NCBI RefSeq assembly: GCF_009914755.1
Contig: NC_060941.1
Reading direction: 5' to 3' (one strand)
DNA from: the human T2T-CHM13v2.0 reference genome, Homo sapiens
DNA length: 64,000 nt
Below are positions 58,849 to 64,000 of the stretch, one piece after another. The position numbers and the translations under genes were made by a program. Within the stretch, counting starts at the first letter, position 1. Each line of letters begins with the position of its first letter. The notes under the pieces were generated by a model. That model was given only the letters and a program-made list of their open reading frames with translations. It did no database searches and was not told the origin of the DNA.

Positions 58849-59739
58849 GTATGGTGGTTGTAATCTTAATAGGGATAAAGATCTTAAGATAAAATAATGA
58901 AGTATGCTGTTAACATTTCAGGAATCAGTAATCAGGTGTGAGAGTTGGAGTTGGGGATGAAGGATTAGGGTCAGGGGCTTTCCCAGAGAGGCCAAACCAT
59001 GCCATTTAAATGGCTGCCCACCCAGTCTAACCTTGACACCATGTGGTGGAGAAAGGACACAAAATCAGAGACCAAAATGTGTTACCCTCTGTTGTGGTTG
59101 CTGCGACAATGCTCCAGGAAGGGTGTGTACTACCCTTGCCTGTCTCAGCTTCCTGCCCTGGTGCACTGGGATAAGCCCATTCTAACCCTGTTTTACCACA
59201 TCATTTCCTGCTGAAGAGCTTGCCGGGGTTCTCAGTTGCCTATGGGGACATTTTTCAAACAGTCCTAGGCTGGGAGTTGGTGAAGCCACAGAACAAACAC
59301 AGCACATCTTCCTGGAATATCATTTTTGCACAAATATCTGAGGATAAATGTGAATTTTATGTGAAGAATAATATGACAATATTTTGAGTACTGAAATCCC
59401 TCATAAGTTTTGAGATAATCCTGTTACATTTGTCCATAGAGGTTTATAGAGATCTTTCCAAATATATTCATCCAATTCCCACGTAACAGCATCAGTGTAA
59501 TTGCTGCTACCCTACCCATGTGCCAGGTGGGAATCAGGGAAAATAGACCTTTTTATGTTCTATTGTCTGTACAGGATGGGGCCTTGGGACAAATTTTTCT
59601 GAACAATTAGAGAAAATACTTGTGGAAAGGTATAATCCAAAAGAATGGGTTTTAACACCAAGAACTCAGTTTATTTTTCAAGCTAATGTCTTCTAAAACT
59701 TTCACTTACTAAAGAATCATGTCTCCCTTCATGCTCTAA

Positions 59740-60215
<476 letters not shown>

Positions 60216-61050
60216 TAAGACCATAATAGTTACATTTTAAAAGCTCTCCCAAAGATTGTCGAGGGATATGTGTATAATAGAAAATTCGCATAAATTTTAG
60301 AAGTTAAAACATGAGAGTTCAAGGAGATAGTGCATTTGTCCTGGGCTTCTTTGAATTGCCCCCACAGATGGCCCATGGCAACAAATGCTACTACAGAAGT
60401 ACTTACAGGGAAACATTTGAGAAACACTAATCATCCCAGCTTCGCTACAACCAAGATTATCTGCTTATTTTTCTTCACATTTACCTCTGATTTTGTACAT
60501 AACAATTTTCTTCTAATGCACACCTCTCTTTCTCCAGCAATAAACATCCTCTCAAATTCCCACCATAAAGAAGCATCTGTTTGTTTATCTAAAATCATTA
60601 TTCTCAACTGTATATCCTATCAAGATTTATGCACATAGGTTGATGGTGTTTGTGGTCACAGGTACTTGCTGATATGTTTATTTATTCACTGATTGATTCA
60701 ACTAGCTTTATGGAACCTATGGTTCACAAGGCACTATGTTGGGCATAGCAGGTATGAAAAAGAATCAGACATGAAACCTGTGGTTGAGGACAGCATGGCC
60801 GAAGGGAAAAAAGACCCAGATTCTTGTAATATACTGTAGGGCGTGGTCAGGGAAATAAGTCTCTGGAACCCTTGAAAACATATGGAACTTCCTCCCCGTG
60901 GAGGGCTTTCCTAAGCTACATCTCGGATTGACACTCAACAACTCAACTTAATCAACTCAATCCTGACTGTCCAAGGAAAATGATTGAATTTTCATTTTTT
61001 TTGTTTGTTTGTTTCAATGGTTTCTCTGTAGGAACGTGGGGGAAGATCCT

Positions 61051-61983
61051 ATGGAACCACAGAACACCACACAGGTATCAATGTTTGTCCTCTTAGGGTT
61101 TTCACAGACCCAAGAGCTCCAGAAATTCCTGTTCCTTCTGTTCCTGTTAGTCTATGTTACCACCATTGTGGGAAACCTCCTTATCATGGTCACAGTGACT
61201 TTTGACTGCCGGCTCCACACACCCATGTATTTTCTGCTCCGAAATCTAGCTCTCATAGACCTCTGCTATTCCACAGTCACCTCTCCAAAGATGCTGGTGG
61301 ACTTCCTCCATGAGACCAAGACGATCTCCTACCAGGGCTGCATGGCCCAGATCTTCTTCTTCCACCTTTTGGGAGGTGGGACTGTCTTTTTTCTCTCAGT
61401 CATGGCCTATGACCGCTACATAGCCATCTCCCAGCCCCTCCGGTATGTCACCATCATGAACACTCAATTGTGTGTGGGCCTGGTAGTAGCCGCCTGGGTG
61501 GGGGGCTTTGTCCACTCCATTGTCCAACTGGCTCTGATACTTCCACTGCCCTTCTGTGGCCCCAATATCATAGATAACTTCTACTGTGATGTTCCCCAAG
61601 TACTGAGACTTGCCTGCACTGATACCTCCCTCCTGGAGTTCCTCATGATCTCCAACAGTGGGCTGCTAGTTATCATCTGGTTCCTCCTCCTTCTGATCTC
61701 TTATACTGTCATCCTGGTGATGCTGAGGTCCCACTCGGGAAAGGCAAGGAGGAAGGCAGCTTCCACCTGCACCACCCACATCATCGTGGTGTCCATGATC
61801 TTCATTCCCTGTATCTATATCTATACCTGGCCCTTCACCCCATTCCTCATGGACAAGGCTGTGTCCATCAGCTACACAGTCATGACCCCCATGCTCAACC
61901 CCATGATCTACACCCTGAGAAACCAGGACATGAAAGCAGCCATGAGGAGATTAGGCAAGTGCCTAGTAATTTGCAGGGAGTAA
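61051..61983 (+). CDS. OR4D1: Olfactory receptor family 4 subfamily D member 1, 310 aa, intact
   Basis: MEPQNTT (N-glycosylation site), [50 protein letters not shown]; splice acceptor TAG 61029-61031 just upstream. Confidence 0.95.
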
Positions 61984-62143
61984 ACTTTAAGTAAGTTGAC
62001 TTTAAATGACAAATTTCTCTGGATTTTTATTTTCTCACATGAAAAATGGAGGAAAGTCTTTATAAAGCATAACAAATCAGATTACACTTATATTTCTTGA
62101 GGACCTAGTGCTGTGTCAAGTACTGTGTTAAGCACTTCCACGC

Positions 62144-62445
62144 TTTTTTTCTTTTTTTTTTTTTTTAGATGGAGTCTTGCTCTGTCACCCAGGCTGGAGT
62201 GCAGTGGTGCAGTCTAGGCTCACTGCAACCTCCACCTCCCGGGTTCAATGATTCTCCTGCCTCAGCCTCCCGCGCAACTGGGATTACAGGCACCCACCAC
62301 CACGCCCGGCTAATTTTTGTATTCTTAGTAGAGATGGGGTTTCACTACAATGACCAGGCTGGTCTCGAACTCCTGACCTAGGTGATCCACCCGCCTTGGC
62401 CTCCCAAAGTGCTGGGATTACAGGCGTGAGCCACAGCGCCCGGCC
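62144..62445 (-). mobile_element. Alu (S-like) downstream of the OR4D1 stop
   Basis: Antisense dimer; CACTTCCAC on both flanks. Confidence 0.92.
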
Positions 62446-62489
62446 TAACACTTCCACAGTTTTATCTCATTACTTTTCATGAAACCGAC

Positions 62490-62620
62490 AGTAGATATAT
62501 TATTATTGTTGTTAAACAGTTTTACAAATGAGAAAACGCAGAGAGAAGTGACTTGCTCAAAGGTGAACAGCAAGTGAGTGGCAGAGCTTGCCCTGGAACC
62601 TGGTTCTTCTTGACTCCAAG
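62490..62620 (-). mobile_element. MIR fragment
   Basis: TTTTACAAATGAGAAAAC..GAAGTGACTTGCTCAAAGGT. Confidence 0.65.
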
Positions 62621-62820
62621 TTTAGAGGCAAGAAATAGGAATGGGATTTGAAACTCAAGAGTTTCCTGCGACCACAAGAGAAAACCTAGAGAGGTCTTCG
62701 TCTATAGAGAAGTATCTCTGATGAATGGTCAACTGCTTCATCTTAACTCTGGGACAGTTACATTCTTTTCTGCTCCCCACCTCCCTGCCTCATTCCCCAC
62801 TGTGGAATTTAGAAAGTTAT

Positions 62821-64000
62821 CTCGCCCTCCCTCCTCCCCCACAAAAAAAGTTTGAGTCGCCGCTGCGGGTTGCTAGCGGAGTCGCGCGTCGGGAGCTACG
62901 TAGGGCAGGGAAGGCATGGCTTCTGTTTTCGTCCAATGAGAAGGGGCCAGCGGTGGCGGTCGGACCAGGTCCGGGGCCTGGGGACGCCGAGGCGGCCGCG
63001 GAGGAGCGCCGCGTCAAGGTCTCCAGCCTGCCCTACAGTGTGGATGCGCTCGTGTCGGACAAGAAGCCGCCCAAGGAGGCATCCCCAGTGCCGGCCAAAA
63101 GCGCCTCTTCCGGGGCCACCCTGCGGCTACTGCTGCTGCCGGGGCACGGCGCTCGGGAAGCGCACAGCCCCGGGCCGCTGATCAAGCCCTTCGAGACCGC
63201 CTCGGTCAAGTGGGAAAACTCCCTAAGACGGAGCGGCGTGGATGCAGGAACCCTGCTGATAATTCGCCGCCGCCAAGACACGTGAGCCCTACCACCTGCA
63301 CCCTGAGAAAACACAAGACCAATCCGAAGCCGCGCACAGCCTTTACCACGTCCCAGCTCCTCGCTCTGGAGGGCAAGTTGCTCCAGAAACAGTACCTCTC
63401 CATTGCAGAGGGTGCGGACTTCTCCAGCTCTCCGAACCTCACGGAGACTCAGGTCAAAATCTTGTTCCAGAACCGAAGGGCCAAGACGAAAAGACTGCAG
63501 GAGTCAGAACTGGAAAAGCTGAAAATGGCTGCAAAACCTATGCTACCCTCCAGCTTCAGTCTCCCTTTCCCCATCAGCTCGCCCCTGCAGGCAGCGTCCA
63601 TATACGCAGCATCCTACCCGTTCCATAGACCTGTGCTTCCCATCCCGCCCGTGGGACTCTATGCCACGCCAGTGGGATATGGCATGTACCACCTGTCCTA
63701 AGGAAGACCAGATCAATAGACTCCATGATGGATGTTTGTTTCAAAGGGTTTCCTCTCCCTCTCCAAGAAGGCAGGACCAGCCAATACTCCTGTTCTGCAA
63801 ACCCTGAGTGCACCACCCTAAGCGGCTAGGCCGGCAGGGCCACACGACACAGCTGAAATTTGTTCTTTAGGCGGAGGCACCAAGCCTTGTTTTCTTGGTG
63901 TAATCTTCCAGGTGCCCCCTTCTCCTTTCACAAAGATTGGCTCTGATGGTTTTTATGTATAAATATATATATAATAAAATATAATACATTTGTATACAGT
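62821..64000 (+). pseudogene. MSX2P1: Processed pseudogene of homeobox gene MSX2 (continues past the window end)
   Basis: Intronless 5'UTR-CDS-3'UTR. The native ATG 62916 gives only MASVFVQ* (TGA 62937-62939) after a deletion. Further frameshifts/stop at about 63220-63265. Homeodomain with KILFQNRR (W48L). C-terminus [10 protein letters not shown] ends 63701. AATAAA 63973-63978. Confidence 0.95.

Noticed and set aside
61009-61050. 14-aa N-terminal extension of the OR ORF in the track
   Set aside because: It starts at a non-ATG codon within the polypyrimidine tract and crosses the splice acceptor at 61031. The real start is ATG 61051.
62808-62820. TTTAGAAAGTTAT as the 5' TSD of the MSX2 retrocopy
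   Set aside because: A plausible L1 endonuclease site, but the 3' end and poly(A) tail lie outside the window, so it cannot be confirmed.
63210-63701. 163-aa homeodomain ORF as a functional gene
   Set aside because: It starts at GTG with no ATG before the homeodomain, and W48, F20 and R31 are substituted. It is part of the processed pseudogene.

Overview
This is human (hominid) genomic DNA, recognisable as the 17q22 interval DYNLL2 - OR4D1 - MSX2P1. All three lie on the + strand. The window opens in the last intron of DYNLL2, followed by its final coding exon (1144-1281) and a long, G-rich 3'UTR with several candidate poly(A) signals out to about 7.5 kb. About 46 kb of repeat-dense intergenic DNA follows. 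It holds an ERVL/MLT2 remnant with integrase motifs, old L1M fragments, about 35 Alus, MaLR LTRs, Tigger and hAT DNA transposons, and a full-length SVA with a perfect 16-bp TSD. After that come a candidate olfactory-receptor promoter (about 54 kb), the intact single-exon OR4D1 CDS (61051-61983), and the CpG-rich MSX2 processed pseudogene, which runs off the end of the window. Almost all other ORFs in the track are repeat-derived or chance. The most interesting candidate system is that the first canonical AATAAA I found after the OR4D1 stop lies inside the MSX2 retrocopy. OR4D1 mRNA may therefore carry the retrocopy in its 3'UTR, and an upstream ATG reopens the MSX2 N-terminal frame. Several fossil rearrangement scars are also visible (fold-back inversions, templated insertions, local duplications). 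No prokaryotic-type system (CRISPR etc.) is present. Repeat subfamily calls come from recalled consensus sequences and their boundaries are approximate.
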